This document shows, in pieces, positions 18,983 to 29,905 of a stretch of DNA of 54,421 nucleotides. Position numbers and translations under genes: made by a program. Below the pieces are notes generated by a model, which saw only the letters and a program-made list of their open reading frames with translations, searched no databases and was not told the origin of the DNA. Source of the stretch: a virus (taxonomy: Duplodnaviria > Caudoviricetes); the IMG/VR virus record IMGVR_UViG_3300049737_000325, positions 1 through 54,421 of that record; one strand, written 5' to 3'. Numbering within the stretch: the first letter of the stretch is position 1; each line of letters begins with the position of its first letter.

Positions 18983-20581
18983 TTAAAAGCCCATTCCGTC
19001 GTCCTCTGGTTCAGGCTCATCGGCTGCTGATTTTCTTTCTTTTGCTTTAAATGCGTCGTTAGCTCTAATCTCATCATCAGATAATTTCAAGTACTTTCTA
19101 ACTAAGTATTCTTGATCGAAGTAGTATTCTTCTTCCATAGTTTCTTGGTTAGTTGTCATTAAACTATCTCTCATACTTGAAATGAAGTCTAATCTTAACT
19201 GCATAATTTCTTGCTCTTTTAATTCAGCAAACATATTCTCTTCATTATACCTTAAGGCTACTTGAGTTTTAAACTGAGGATCGTCAGTAAACTCTGGGTA
19301 CTTAAGACACATTTGAATGTATAATGGTTTAACTAAGATTTCTTGGAAGACTGATCTTAATCTTTTAATAAACTTACCGAATTTAATTTCATCTCTAACC
19401 ATACCATCACCTGCTAATGCATAGTCACCGCCATCATCTTCGTATAAGAATCTGTTGTAAGGTATTTTAGAAACCTCTTTAAGTTTATCTTGGAAGTATT
19501 TAACTGCTTCAGTATCTGAAAGATCTGGTCCTTCAGAACTAAGAGTTTCAATTTCTGGTGTTTCTCCATCTTTAGAAGGTAACCAGTATTCTTTAGAGAA
19601 TTGTAACATTGGCTTACCATCAGTTTCTAATGTTCCTGATTCAAAGTCAAAGTCAACTACCTCTTTATAGTTATTCATTAACTGAGCTAACGATTGCTTT
19701 GCTCTAGTTTTAGATTTACCACCTACAGGTATAATAAACTTCATTCTGAATGAAGCATTGGTCACTGCCCAGATTACTCTGGTGTGTTCCATAATTCTAA
19801 GTAGGTTAAATGATCTAATTAATCTTTCAACGTAACTAACTCTAGATGCTGTTGAAAGTGAAGAATAAGAAATGTAAATGATTTGAGAATCATATAACAC
19901 TCTTTCTTTTACTGGATCATCTTTATATTGTACCCAAACTTTCTTACCATCATCTTTATTGTAACCAGGCATTAGAGTTACAGGATCTATCTCTTTAAAA
20001 CCTATAATCTCCTTTTGGTCTGGGGAATAAATTATTTCAAATGATAAGTAACCATCTACTAAGAACTTTCTAAAGAAGTACCATGCTGATTGTTCACCAT
20101 TAAAACCAAAGTAGTGATAGATTTGTCTAAAGTATTTGTTAAGGTCTTTTTGTACATCATCTGATACATCGAGTCCCATAATCTCAGGTTGGCAAAAGAA
20201 GTTTTTATCATCGTATACCACTGCTTCATCACAAAGTATATCTAGAATATCTTCTACCTCATCGTTCATTGAGAACCTTCTTAATTCATCTCTCTTTCCA
20301 GGGTAATCAGTATCAAAGAACGGTACGTTCTTCTTCATGTTTATATCTCCCATGGATAGTGCAGCAAATGCACCGTAAATATCGTCATTATCTAATCCGA
20401 ACGGGTTCATCTCTCTGTAACCGAACTGATCTTCCATTGGACCAATCGCTTGAGACTGTCTAAGTACCATGTCATCATAACGCATACCAAAAGAACTTAG
20501 CGTCTTCAAAGCATTGGAGAGGCTAAATGGTCTTGAGTTAGAACTAAGTGGTCCGTTTCGTTTGTCAGTAAATCCTGCCAT
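18983..20581 (-). CDS. gp20: portal protein (gp20)
   Basis: FLVDG, LRIMEHTRVIWAVTNA, EYWLP..GETPEIETL, SKIPYNR, RDEIKFGKFIKRLR. Confidence 0.93.
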   Translation of the reverse strand: MAGFTDKRNGPLSSNSRPFSLSNALKTLSSFGMRYDDMVLRQSQAIGPMEDQFGYREMNPFGLDNDDIYGAFAALSMGDINMKKNVPFFDTDYPGKRDELRRFSMNDEVEDILDILCDEAVVYDDKNFFCQPEIMGLDVSDDVQKDLNKYFRQIYHYFGFNGEQSAWYFFRKFLVDGYLSFEIIYSPDQKEIIGFKEIDPVTLMPGYNKDDGKKVWVQYKDDPVKERVLYDSQIIYISYSSLSTASRVSYVERLIRSFNLLRIMEHTRVIWAVTNASFRMKFIIPVGGKSKTRAKQSLAQLMNNYKEVVDFDFESGTLETDGKPMLQFSKEYWLPSKDGETPEIETLSSEGPDLSDTEAVKYFQDKLKEVSKIPYNRFLYEDDGGDYALAGDGMVRDEIKFGKFIKRLRSVFQEILVKPLYIQMCLKYPEFTDDPQFKTQVALRYNEENMFAELKEQEIMQLRLDFISSMRDSLMTTNQETMEEEYYFDQEYLVRKYLKLSDDEIRANDAFKAKERKSAADEPEPEDDGMGF

Positions 20582-20610
20582 AATATAGTATTATTTCTGT
20601 TTTATATATC

Positions 20611-21207
20611 TCATTTATTTAGATGGTTTCTGAAGGCTGCTCTTATCTTGCCAACTGATGAGCCATTTAGCTCTAAAAAGTCGCAAAGCGCTATCTCAGC
20701 CCATCGTTCGTATGCCACTACAACTTGTTGAGATTTACGAGTTGTTGCATATTGTCTAATTGCAAAATCAAAGCCATATCTCTTTAGGAATGATTTAGCT
20801 CCTTGATATGATAATGATAATGGTCCTTGTGCTCTAGCGTTCTCCATTTTAGCACCTCTATTCTGTCCGTTGATATAGCCCTTATATTGCTCATAGACAA
20901 AATCTAAGAGGTCTTGCTTTACAGGGACTGGTAACATATTAAGATTAATACCCATGTCATTACCTGTGTCTGAGCGGTTCAGTGCCAATACTACTGGATT
21001 ACTGTCCCACCATTCTGCTGCAATAGGGTTCTCATATCTAAACACATATATCTTACCTTGTTGGAATGGACCTGCTGATCTAGCTACTGCTTTTTCTCTA
21101 ACAGCTTTTTTAGAAGTATTAAACCAATCTTCTGCTGCGCTAGCTGCTCTTGCCATTCCTCCAGCGTCTTTACTTAATTGTGATATGTTTTTCTTTATCT
21201 CTCCCAT
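20611..21207 (-). CDS. gp2: DNA end protector protein (gp2-like)
   Basis: GKIYVFRY, WWDSNPVV, GINLNMLP, AIRQY; adjacent to gp4. Confidence 0.75.
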   Translation of the reverse strand: MGEIKKNISQLSKDAGGMARAASAAEDWFNTSKKAVREKAVARSAGPFQQGKIYVFRYENPIAAEWWDSNPVVLALNRSDTGNDMGINLNMLPVPVKQDLLDFVYEQYKGYINGQNRGAKMENARAQGPLSLSYQGAKSFLKRYGFDFAIRQYATTRKSQQVVVAYERWAEIALCDFLELNGSSVGKIRAAFRNHLNK

Positions 21208-21686
21208 TATTTAAGCGTCTTTTCAGTTAAGACTATAAATCGCCAACCTCTGTTTTCACACCAGGCATTTGCATAAGCATATTTATCTCTATTTTTAATA
21301 TACTGTTCTGCTAAAAATTTATAGGAGTTAAGTGCCTTTTTAGATTTCTTTAAAGGCGGTTTAGGTTTTTTAATCTGTGCTTCTGGCTTTATTTCAACTA
21401 GCCATTCTACTGGTGGCTCATCGCCAGTACCAGCTGTTTTCATATAAAAGTCCGGATAATAAATGTGTTCTTTTTTATCCGCAGTCCACCTGTATTTAAT
21501 TTTAACAGGTTCACTTGACCATTTTAATACATTATCTTTAGTATCGCACATAATACAGAACTTTCTTTCCCAAGAGGAACGATAAATGATCGGCGTTGGG
21601 CCGATATACTTATCTGGATTTTCAGGAGTAAAATACCCCTGTACAAATCCTGAATTGCCACTAGGTTTTAAGTTCTTTATTGACAT
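21207..21686 (-). CDS. gp4: head completion nuclease (gp4, TnsA-like)
   Basis: PENPDKYIG, YRSSWE, WSSE, YYPDF, VEIKP, F.VLTE. Confidence 0.9.
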   Translation of the reverse strand: MSIKNLKPSGNSGFVQGYFTPENPDKYIGPTPIIYRSSWERKFCIMCDTKDNVLKWSSEPVKIKYRWTADKKEHIYYPDFYMKTAGTGDEPPVEWLVEIKPEAQIKKPKPPLKKSKKALNSYKFLAEQYIKNRDKYAYANAWCENRGWRFIVLTEKTLK

Positions 21687-22063
21687 TAAATATTAAACAT
21701 TCCGGATTCGCCATCACCACCTCTAGTGTTAATACGATCCATTGACATTGTGTTTTTATATTTCGTTGGATGAATTTTATTCCAGCCCTTTGCATAACCT
21801 CTCTTTGCAATCTCTGTAAAGTATGCAAATGCATTGGTATATTTAGGGTTAAAATTTCTCCAGTACTTAAGAAGGTCTAATATAGCAAACTGCATACAAT
21901 CATTCTTGTCGTCTTCGTTTAAATATACTAGTTTTCTAATTGCTCTTTCAGCGATTAGTATCAACATCTTCTCAGCGTCTTTCGTTAACTTATCATCTTC
22001 TAAAGATAATACAATCTGATTGTACAAATCTTTGTTATTTAAATAATTCTTTTTTCTAGGCAC
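21686..22063 (-). CDS. gp55: late transcription sigma factor (gp55-like), short, GTG start
   Basis: NYLNNKDL and FNP..NAFAYFTEIA motifs typical of gp55. Confidence 0.8.
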   Translation of the reverse strand: MPRKKNYLNNKDLYNQIVLSLEDDKLTKDAEKMLILIAERAIRKLVYLNEDDKNDCMQFAILDLLKYWRNFNPKYTNAFAYFTEIAKRGYAKGWNKIHPTKYKNTMSMDRINTRGGDGESGMFNI

Positions 22064-22097
22064 AGTAGTTAATTTCTATTTGATTACTAGTTATATG

Positions 22098-22129
22098 AAA
22101 AAAAGCCCATTTGTTTCGAATGGGCTTTT
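22098..22129 (-). terminator. intrinsic terminator overlapping the GAAAC-N17-TATAA promoter of gp55
   Basis: AAAAGCCCATT/AATGGGCTTTT stem; its loop contains the GAAAC element. Confidence 0.7.
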
Positions 22130-22154
22130 CAGTCAGTATGTTAAGAGAGTATGA

Positions 22155-23351
22155 TTATACTGTGTCTTCGGATGAAATGTTAATCTTATACTTTTCTACT
22201 CTAAATGGTTTGTTTTCTACAAACACAGTTAAAATATCATTTTTACCTGCTTGGTTAAATTCTACAGAGTCTACTTTAACAGCACTATCTTCTGCAATAC
22301 CTTCAACTCCTGATTTTAATGTAGCATCTACATATCCATCTTCGATCGTTAGTGTATCATTTTCTAGGGCTTCAACTTCTTCGCTAATTCTAGTAATTTC
22401 AGAACCTATTAAGTTATCTGCTGCTTTAATGTCCGGTATGTTTCTATCAGCTTCTGCTAATCTACCCTTTTGGTCATATAAGAAAGATAGCATCTCTTTG
22501 TAAAGATTTATCTTTTCTAATTTTTTACCTGTTGATATTGCTGCAGATTCTAAAAGATCTTTAAACTGTTCAGTAATATCTGCTCCAGTTTGTTCTTTTA
22601 CGTAGTCTATTGCTGCATCACTTAGCATTTTTTCAAAGCTAGCTAATTTAGTAGTTTCGTTTACTCTGAATACAAAAGCATTTTTCTCTGCTCTCATAGT
22701 TACTACAGTAACGTCTCCTTGTGTAGCTTCAGTTACAAAATCTAAAACTTTATATGAGTTATAGTTTTCACATGCTAATTGAAATGCTTCGATTAATTTC
22801 TTATCTGCATATTTAATATATGCTGATGCAAAGAATACTTCAGATAGTTTATCTTGAGAACCAATTGGCATTTCGATATTACCTGCTTTATATAAGTTTT
22901 CGTTTACGTCGTATGAAAATTTTACTGTTAGGCTATTAGCTTTCGCTTCGTTTATTGCAGCTTTAGTAAGATTGATTTCTTTATTAGCTTCTGTTAAGGC
23001 TCCGGATTTTTCATCTTTGCCATAAGAAATTCTAAGTTCTTTTGCAGTCTTTTCTAGGAATGTCAGCTTTTCAGTTAGAGCTAAATAGTTATCAAAATTT
23101 TCTATTGAACCTTCTTGTATTTTAGTTACTGAAGATTTAGCATTGTAATCATAGTAAAAAGAGATACCAGATTCGTTAATATCGAATATTTTACCTGCTG
23201 CAACTAGAGTTCTAAAAGTATCATTAGTTTCAGTGATAGCTTCAATATGACTTCCTGTGATTTTAAAATCACCTCCAGCTGCATGGAAGATATAACCTTG
23301 TCCTTGTTCTAGAATTGGTGATTTAATTTCTTTGTTAAATGTATTTGTCAT
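22155..23351 (-). CDS. hypothetical late protein (probable start MTNTF at 23351)
   Basis: Long ORF; GATATATA at 23378-23385 lies inside the longest-ORF start, favouring the downstream ATG. Confidence 0.6.
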   Translation of the reverse strand: MTNTFNKEIKSPILEQGQGYIFHAAGGDFKITGSHIEAITETNDTFRTLVAAGKIFDINESGISFYYDYNAKSSVTKIQEGSIENFDNYLALTEKLTFLEKTAKELRISYGKDEKSGALTEANKEINLTKAAINEAKANSLTVKFSYDVNENLYKAGNIEMPIGSQDKLSEVFFASAYIKYADKKLIEAFQLACENYNSYKVLDFVTEATQGDVTVVTMRAEKNAFVFRVNETTKLASFEKMLSDAAIDYVKEQTGADITEQFKDLLESAAISTGKKLEKINLYKEMLSFLYDQKGRLAEADRNIPDIKAADNLIGSEITRISEEVEALENDTLTIEDGYVDATLKSGVEGIAEDSAVKVDSVEFNQAGKNDILTVFVENKPFRVEKYKINISSEDTV

Positions 23352-23383
23352 TATCAAATTTTTATGTTTTCTTAATGTATATA

Positions 23384-24469
23384 TCAATCATTTTCTTCAT
23401 CTAGTTTCTCACCCCATGGAAATTGCTTTGCTTTCACTTCGTAGTTGTCTCCCATTAGCGCACTATTTGGATTACCCATGCCCGGTGTAGTTAGATTACT
23501 ATTACCAATAGCAAACATTCTATTAGATTGTTTTCTACGTCTACTAAGACGTTTAATTTGAGATTCTGTTGTTAATTGCTTTCCTAATGTTTCTAAAATA
23601 ACAGGGTCTGTTACGTTAATACCAGTCTCAGTTTTAATCCACTCTTCTCCATTAGATTCCCATTTAGCTGGTTCATAATTATCATAATATACTCTAGGAA
23701 ATGCGGTTGCATCTAAGAATCCATTAGGATCTATATAGTCTCCAACAGTACCATTAGCATAAGAAGTTCTAGTGAATTTTCTATAAACATCTTCTTCAAA
23801 ATCAAATGATGGTATAAATGAATTAATTTCTAATGAGAAACTAACTTTATGATTTTGTTTATCATCAAATGAATATTCAACAGGTCTTTCTTGTTCATAA
23901 TCATCTGGCATCATATACTCAGATGTAATTCTATAAGTACCCTCTTCTAAATGACCAGCATCTACATGATAGAAATTAGCTTTGTACATTTTTTTTACAA
24001 TAGCCTCTGTAACTTTAAATAGATCTAATTGGCTTGATACTAAAATTTCAACATCAACTCCAATTGTACATGGTATCATTTCAAATTCTGCAACATAGCC
24101 TTCCATTAGGCCATCTTCATTCATCATCATATAATGACCCATATTTCTTTTGTTAACTAATTTAGATGGATCTACTGCAAACGATGATAGATTTACAATA
24201 CCTCTTGGTACTTTATCGTAATTACCGTCTGCAAACTCTCCGTTAGGATCACAGCTTTCGCCATTTGCATTAGAAAACAAGAAACTATCTTTCATAAAAT
24301 TCTCATCTCCAGATACTGCATAAAAGAAAGGCACATCAATTTCTGCCCTTTCATCATTACTGATCTGTCTATAAAAACTAAGTTTACTATTAAGATCAGC
24401 TAATAAGCCGACAATAACATGTCTAATAACTGAATCGTCTTTGTTGAATTTTAAATTATATGTAGCCAT
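23384..24469 (-). CDS. gp15: tail sheath stabiliser/terminator (gp15-like)
   Basis: SVIRHVIVGLL..IDVPFFY, KVPRG, IPCTIGVDVEIL pattern of gp15; late promoter. Confidence 0.7.
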   Translation of the reverse strand: MATYNLKFNKDDSVIRHVIVGLLADLNSKLSFYRQISNDERAEIDVPFFYAVSGDENFMKDSFLFSNANGESCDPNGEFADGNYDKVPRGIVNLSSFAVDPSKLVNKRNMGHYMMMNEDGLMEGYVAEFEMIPCTIGVDVEILVSSQLDLFKVTEAIVKKMYKANFYHVDAGHLEEGTYRITSEYMMPDDYEQERPVEYSFDDKQNHKVSFSLEINSFIPSFDFEEDVYRKFTRTSYANGTVGDYIDPNGFLDATAFPRVYYDNYEPAKWESNGEEWIKTETGINVTDPVILETLGKQLTTESQIKRLSRRRKQSNRMFAIGNSNLTTPGMGNPNSALMGDNYEVKAKQFPWGEKLDEEND

Positions 24470-24497
24470 AGGTTATATATCTTCATTTACTGGAAAC

Positions 24498-24529
24498 AAA
24501 AATGGCCAATATTTCTATTGGCCATTTTT
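24498..24529 (-). terminator. intrinsic terminator (possibly bidirectional)
   Basis: AAAAATGGCCAATA/TATTGGCCATTTTT perfect 14-bp stem. Confidence 0.75.
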
Positions 24530-24547
24530 AATTAAATTTAATTATAG

Positions 24548-25294
24548 TTATGCTTCACAACTTCCAAGAGTAGGATTAGTATCTAATAGTTGATGTGCTT
24601 GCGCTGTTGTTGATCTAACAACTACATAAGTTTCAGAATCGAAAACGAGTCCTTCAGCGACCAGTACCTCATTAGCTTCGTATGCGCTAAAACGTGCCAA
24701 TTCACTTGATGATGTTTTTAGTATGTAAGTGGTACTTCCACCACATGCTGTAACCTCATAATAGAAATCTGTAGGAGTAGGATCTTCTTTATTGCCACCT
24801 TCGTCGCCTTGGTTGCTATTTACTCCGTCGTAATTAGTCCAAGCTCCAAGAGTTGTTGCGTTTATAGCTGCTACTGCCTCTGCGTCATTTGCGAATGTTC
24901 CAATACCTAAGCTATTTGCAATACCTAAGAAATCTGCTTGAGTAGGAACTCCTTTAAATGCTAGTTTTCTAGCTGTTCCATCAAAACCATATCCTTCTAC
25001 TACATCCCCAGGTACATAATCTGGAGTATCAATTGTACCTTCTGTGTTAAATGATTGTGTTAATCCGTCATTAATTTCTGCTGTATAACAAATAATTGAA
25101 TGAAATCTATCTTCATCGGGTCCCATCGTCCACTCAAAACCTGAAAATTCTTGTCCTGGAACTCCATCTCCACCTTGAAATGGAGTGATGAAATTATCTT
25201 GAACAATCAATCTTGCGCCATGTTCTGTATAGCCAGGGAAGTTATATGATTGTGTTACGGGCTTATACCCAAAATGTCTTGCTAAAACTGCCAT
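24548..25294 (-). CDS. hypothetical late, probably virion, protein
   Basis: Stand-alone unit with GATATATA promoter and terminator; acidic, Gly/Thr-rich. Confidence 0.55.
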   Translation of the reverse strand: MAVLARHFGYKPVTQSYNFPGYTEHGARLIVQDNFITPFQGGDGVPGQEFSGFEWTMGPDEDRFHSIICYTAEINDGLTQSFNTEGTIDTPDYVPGDVVEGYGFDGTARKLAFKGVPTQADFLGIANSLGIGTFANDAEAVAAINATTLGAWTNYDGVNSNQGDEGGNKEDPTPTDFYYEVTACGGSTTYILKTSSSELARFSAYEANEVLVAEGLVFDSETYVVVRSTTAQAHQLLDTNPTLGSCEA

Positions 25295-25339
25295 AATTTT
25301 ATTTGTTGTTTATTTTATTTCTTTTATTATATATCCTAG

Positions 25340-27010
25340 TTAATCTATATTTTCGATAGTAAACTTAGAAAAACCGTTCTCTCTATATATTTGTATCTTC
25401 TTATCAAAAATCTCATGTGGTAAAACAGAATGGTTAATAACAAATGTATTTATTTCATGTTCTTTAATTACTTGATTTAAAATCTTCAATATGTTGTATA
25501 CACCGTCATGATCTACTGAAGATAATAACTCATCTAGGAATAAAAGGTTTAGTTGTGGGAATCTTAACTTTAAGATTTTAATGATTGCGATAATAACAAT
25601 AAAGTCTGCTTTCTTACGCTCACCTGTTGAAAGTGTCATTGGATTAATATCTTCACCTAGGTGATTAATAATACAATTAAACTTCTCATCAAATCTAATA
25701 TGAAATTGCAGGTGCATCGTTTGTGCCATTGCAGCTATATTAGTATTAAGTCCTGGTAGAATAGTTTTAACTGCTAAATTCTTTACGCCATCTTCACCTA
25801 AGATATTTTCTACAACTTCCATAAAGTTATAGTCTGTATTTAAGGTATCTTTACTTGTAGATTTCTCAGCTTCTTTCTCTTCAAACTCTGTAATAAGACC
25901 TCTTAAGTGATCGAAGTCTGCACCCTCTGGAGTATCTTTTAATTTAACTAGTTCTCCTTTGAGCCCTCGCATTGTTACTTTATTATCTGAGATCTGGCCC
26001 TCTAGTTCTAATTTAGACTCTCTTGCTGTAATTACTTTTTCTTGTAATACATCCATCTCGGCCTTAATTGATTTAATCTGATCTGTACTAGATTCTATTT
26101 TATCTGCAAATTCTACTTTCTGAGTTTTGTGCCAATCTGAAGTTAACTTAGTTTCACATGTTGGGCAATGTCCACTCTCATATAACTTTAACTTCTTATT
26201 TAGATAATCAATCTCTCTTTTAATATCTCCGGCTTCTGTGCGCTTCTCGTTATATTGAGTATTGAAGGTATTCATTGCACCCTCTTCTTTTTTACGATTA
26301 GCTTCAATATCTAATACCACTTCATGAAGAGCTACTAGCTCATCTTTTAATTCTTGGATTTTAGATTTATTTGCAGTTTTAGATTCTTCTAATAAAGTGT
26401 TTAGTTTACCTCTAACAGATCCGATTGAATTCATTATCTCATTTAACTCAGCATCAAAAGCATCAATATCATATTTAATATCTCTGCGTTCGTCTTTGAT
26501 TTGCTTTTGCATATCATTAAGAATAGAGAAACCAAACATTCTATCAATGATCTGTTTCTTATCCGAGTTAGACATGGTTAAGAAAGATTTAAAATCATTT
26601 ACTGATAAGATAATTATATTTTTAAATACATGATATGGAATACCAAATACTTCATCTTCTAAATATTCTTGTACAGATTTCTTACCTGCTTTATCAAACT
26701 CAACTCCATTAATTAAGACGCTAAATCTATTTGGAGCAATACCTCTTTCAATTTCGATCTTCATAGTACCACATTGTAAACCAATCTTTACATGAAGTTC
26801 TTTATTAATACGATTAGGTAGATCTGCTAATTTAACACCTTCTACTTTACCGTATAAACCATAGATAATAGCATTAGCAATAGTGGTTTTACCGTGACCA
26901 TTTTTACCTAGAGTTAAAAATAACTCTGATGTATCTTGTTTAAATTCTATTCTTTGTTTTTGATTTCCGTAGGAAGCAAAATTCTTAAATTCAATATAGT
27001 CTATTCTCAT
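25340..27010 (-). CDS. gp46: recombination ATPase (gp46, Rad50/SbcC-like)
   Basis: Walker A GKNGHGKT, coiled coil with CPTC zinc hook, LSTGE signature, FLDE Walker B. Confidence 0.93.
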   Translation of the reverse strand: MRIDYIEFKNFASYGNQKQRIEFKQDTSELFLTLGKNGHGKTTIANAIIYGLYGKVEGVKLADLPNRINKELHVKIGLQCGTMKIEIERGIAPNRFSVLINGVEFDKAGKKSVQEYLEDEVFGIPYHVFKNIIILSVNDFKSFLTMSNSDKKQIIDRMFGFSILNDMQKQIKDERRDIKYDIDAFDAELNEIMNSIGSVRGKLNTLLEESKTANKSKIQELKDELVALHEVVLDIEANRKKEEGAMNTFNTQYNEKRTEAGDIKREIDYLNKKLKLYESGHCPTCETKLTSDWHKTQKVEFADKIESSTDQIKSIKAEMDVLQEKVITARESKLELEGQISDNKVTMRGLKGELVKLKDTPEGADFDHLRGLITEFEEKEAEKSTSKDTLNTDYNFMEVVENILGEDGVKNLAVKTILPGLNTNIAAMAQTMHLQFHIRFDEKFNCIINHLGEDINPMTLSTGERKKADFIVIIAIIKILKLRFPQLNLLFLDELLSSVDHDGVYNILKILNQVIKEHEINTFVINHSVLPHEIFDKKIQIYRENGFSKFTIENID

Positions 27011-28126
27011 TTACTTTTCGGTATCGTAATTGTAGGCACATTGGGTATACAATTGTTTTAACTTGCTCTTTAGTCTTATAGTTAAATCATCATCTTGTTT
27101 CATACCATCTACGTACATGTTACATAAATTAAGGATATTATAGTTCTTATACATTTCCTCAATTTCATTAATGTCATAAAAGTCTTTATCAATATACGAA
27201 TCTTCTTCGTAAATATTTGGTTCTAGTTTTCTAGATATATGTTGAATTTCATTAACCAACTGGCTCAGTGCATTGGTTGTAGCGATTTGCGAAGGCACGA
27301 ATAGATCTACAAAGTTATTTCTTATTTGTTCCTTAAACTTGCCAAGAGGCATGTCATATAGCGCTTTAATATTATACCTTAAGAATTTAGGAGAATCGTT
27401 GTTCTCAAAGAACGTCTCTTCCATTGTTTCTAGATTTACCAGGTCAAATCCTTTTGGATTATCTCGATCTGATCTAGTTAGTTGGTAAGGCACTCCGACC
27501 ATTAATAATTTACCACGCTCTTGTCTAAAGTGAATATGACCACTATAAACTCTTGTATACTTATCGTAAATATTAGAATCAGTACCATGCTCATTCTTAA
27601 CTTTAGCATTAAGGTAAATACCTCTAACTTCTGAGTGACAATATACTATATCTGCTTGCGGGTATTCTGCTAAAGTTTCTGCTTCATGTTCAGCATCTCT
27701 TCTCCATGGCATTAGTAAAATGTTTTTACCAGACCAATTTAATAACTCAGGCTCTTTGTAAACCTGTACATTAGGAATCCATTTTAAACTATCGATCGAT
27801 GAGATGTCATTTGATTTCTTAGCCCAAATATCATGGTTACCACATATTACATAACATGGAAGAATTTGACCTAATCTTTCAAATAGATCCACGGCATAGC
27901 TTAATACTTTAATATTAATAGATTGTCTATTATCAAAGGTATCTCCTACTTGTACTAGGACATCACCAGGCTGTACCTGAGCTTTTAAGATAGGGATAAA
28001 TGTGTTTTCAAAAAAGTCTTTTTGGATATTCAGCCACTCGACTGAATTTGCTCTTACACCAAAGTGTAAGTCTCCAAGGACCCATACTCTTTTGGCTCCT
28101 TGTTTAATTACTTTGGGTTCAATCAT
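27011..28126 (-). CDS. gp47: recombination nuclease (gp47, Mre11/SbcD-like)
   Basis: GDLHFG, GDTFD, GNHD, SGHIH motifs; adjacent to gp46. Confidence 0.92.
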   Translation of the reverse strand: MIEPKVIKQGAKRVWVLGDLHFGVRANSVEWLNIQKDFFENTFIPILKAQVQPGDVLVQVGDTFDNRQSINIKVLSYAVDLFERLGQILPCYVICGNHDIWAKKSNDISSIDSLKWIPNVQVYKEPELLNWSGKNILLMPWRRDAEHEAETLAEYPQADIVYCHSEVRGIYLNAKVKNEHGTDSNIYDKYTRVYSGHIHFRQERGKLLMVGVPYQLTRSDRDNPKGFDLVNLETMEETFFENNDSPKFLRYNIKALYDMPLGKFKEQIRNNFVDLFVPSQIATTNALSQLVNEIQHISRKLEPNIYEEDSYIDKDFYDINEIEEMYKNYNILNLCNMYVDGMKQDDDLTIRLKSKLKQLYTQCAYNYDTEK

Positions 28127-28564
28127 TTAAAATAATCTTTTAATGTTCTTCTTTTCTAAAATACCTGTTTTGTTATCGAGCTCTTGAATAAGATCTTCTT
28201 TATATACGTTTGAAAGTGAGCTGTAAAATTTTGCTGGTTTAATATCGAAGTAAATACATAGTTCACTAAATAAATCTATATTAGACCACTTAGGTCCTAT
28301 CTCGTCAATAATATATCCATATACATTATTAATGTCATTCTTTTTAAGTTTATTACATCTACCTAAATCATCTATTTCATTAAATACTTTAAATCTAGAA
28401 ATAGTAATCAATTCATGGATCTTTCTAGCGATCATTTCGTAATGTATTCTATCTTCTTCGTCTTGATTATTTTTTACAGACGGATCTAACTCAAAGCTAA
28501 TATTACCGAGTTCAAATTCTGGAGTGTCAAAACTATTATTAAAAATTTTATCATTTTTTGCCAT
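28127..28564 (-). CDS. hypothetical protein
   Basis: 145-aa ORF between gp41 and gp47. Confidence 0.6.
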   Translation of the reverse strand: MAKNDKIFNNSFDTPEFELGNISFELDPSVKNNQDEEDRIHYEMIARKIHELITISRFKVFNEIDDLGRCNKLKKNDINNVYGYIIDEIGPKWSNIDLFSELCIYFDIKPAKFYSSLSNVYKEDLIQELDNKTGILEKKNIKRLF

Positions 28565-28581
28565 ATTGTTTTGTTTGTTTT

Positions 28582-29898
28582 TTAAATACCGTGAATACTT
28601 GAAGTACTAATTTCCTCGGTTTCGACTAGTCGCATATAGTTATAGTCTATGTTAAGTTTGCATTTATTACCTTTACCTTCTCCATCTCTAATCTTAAGTA
28701 CCTTTAACCAGTATTCTTGGTTAGCACGCATTAAGTCGTCTTGGATAATACCCAACATTACATCGGCTGTATGTGAAAGACCTGCAGATTCTGCAACGTC
28801 GCCCATAGAAATATCTGAAGAGTTATAGCCGTTTCTGTTTATTTGTGTTGCGGTAACGATCAACCAGTCATTACGCATTCCCATAGCACGAAGGTCTTCT
28901 GCAATTTGCTTGATCTTCATATATGTATTCTCCGTATTTTGGTTACGATAATTAGCTAAGATGTTAATATAGTCAATAACAACTGCTCCTACTTTAATTT
29001 GTAATTCTTCTTCTATTTGACTAACGTATGCTTCAATATCTAATACAGTAGCCTGTGATGTTGGGAATTGTTTTACGTATAAAGAACCTGGAGGTGTAAA
29101 TCCATCTCCAACAGTTTCTAGTCTACGTTTAATATGATCTCGGTTCTTTGCCTTTTCAGCGTATTCATTAATATTAATATTAAGAAGATTAGAACCTATT
29201 CTTTTTACGAATTTATGAGCTGCCATTTCTGCAGTAATTACTACAGTATTAGTTCCCATTTTGACAAAGTTGGCTGCATCATTTGCTAAGTAAATAGATT
29301 TACCGATGTTTTGTTCACCTGCATAAACGACTAAGTTACCGCCCTTGTCATAACCACCACCTAACATTCTATCTAAGAAGTTATATCCAGTACTTACTTT
29401 TTCGTTTTCTTTCTGATCATGTGAATCAAAGTTAAAAAAGTCAAGTCCTAAATCAGAATTAAATGTTAAATTATTTCTGTCATTAATTAAGCCTTTAACT
29501 TTTGTAACAATAGATTCTACATTTTCTGGATTAACATCTGTTGTTTTAATAAATTCAATAGTATCTGTTAAAGATGTATTGAAAGTTCTCCATTTAATCC
29601 AGGCTTCTGCAGTTCCTGTTAACCATTCTTCATCATACTTATCTAGATCTACATCAAAGATCATGTCTAACGTATTTTCTCCAACACGTTCTTTAGATTT
29701 AGGATGGTTTTGAACTAAGAGCTTTAAGTTTTCTTTAGTTGGAGTCTCATTAAATTTGCTATAAAACTTATTAGCTAAATAACTTAAAGCATCAAGTTCT
29801 TCTGATGTATAAAAGTTATATTTAATTGCCTGTAAATACTTAACTCTTTCTAATGAGAGTCTAAAGAATAATTTTTCAAAGTCTTGTCCGAACTGCAT
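28582..29898 (-). CDS. gp41: replicative DnaB-like helicase (gp41)
   Basis: GEQNIGKS Walker A, ITAEM, VIDY, TATQINR, KIRDG. Confidence 0.92.
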   Translation of the reverse strand: MQFGQDFEKLFFRLSLERVKYLQAIKYNFYTSEELDALSYLANKFYSKFNETPTKENLKLLVQNHPKSKERVGENTLDMIFDVDLDKYDEEWLTGTAEAWIKWRTFNTSLTDTIEFIKTTDVNPENVESIVTKVKGLINDRNNLTFNSDLGLDFFNFDSHDQKENEKVSTGYNFLDRMLGGGYDKGGNLVVYAGEQNIGKSIYLANDAANFVKMGTNTVVITAEMAAHKFVKRIGSNLLNININEYAEKAKNRDHIKRRLETVGDGFTPPGSLYVKQFPTSQATVLDIEAYVSQIEEELQIKVGAVVIDYINILANYRNQNTENTYMKIKQIAEDLRAMGMRNDWLIVTATQINRNGYNSSDISMGDVAESAGLSHTADVMLGIIQDDLMRANQEYWLKVLKIRDGEGKGNKCKLNIDYNYMRLVETEEISTSSIHGI

Positions 29899-29905
29899 AT
29901 TGTTT

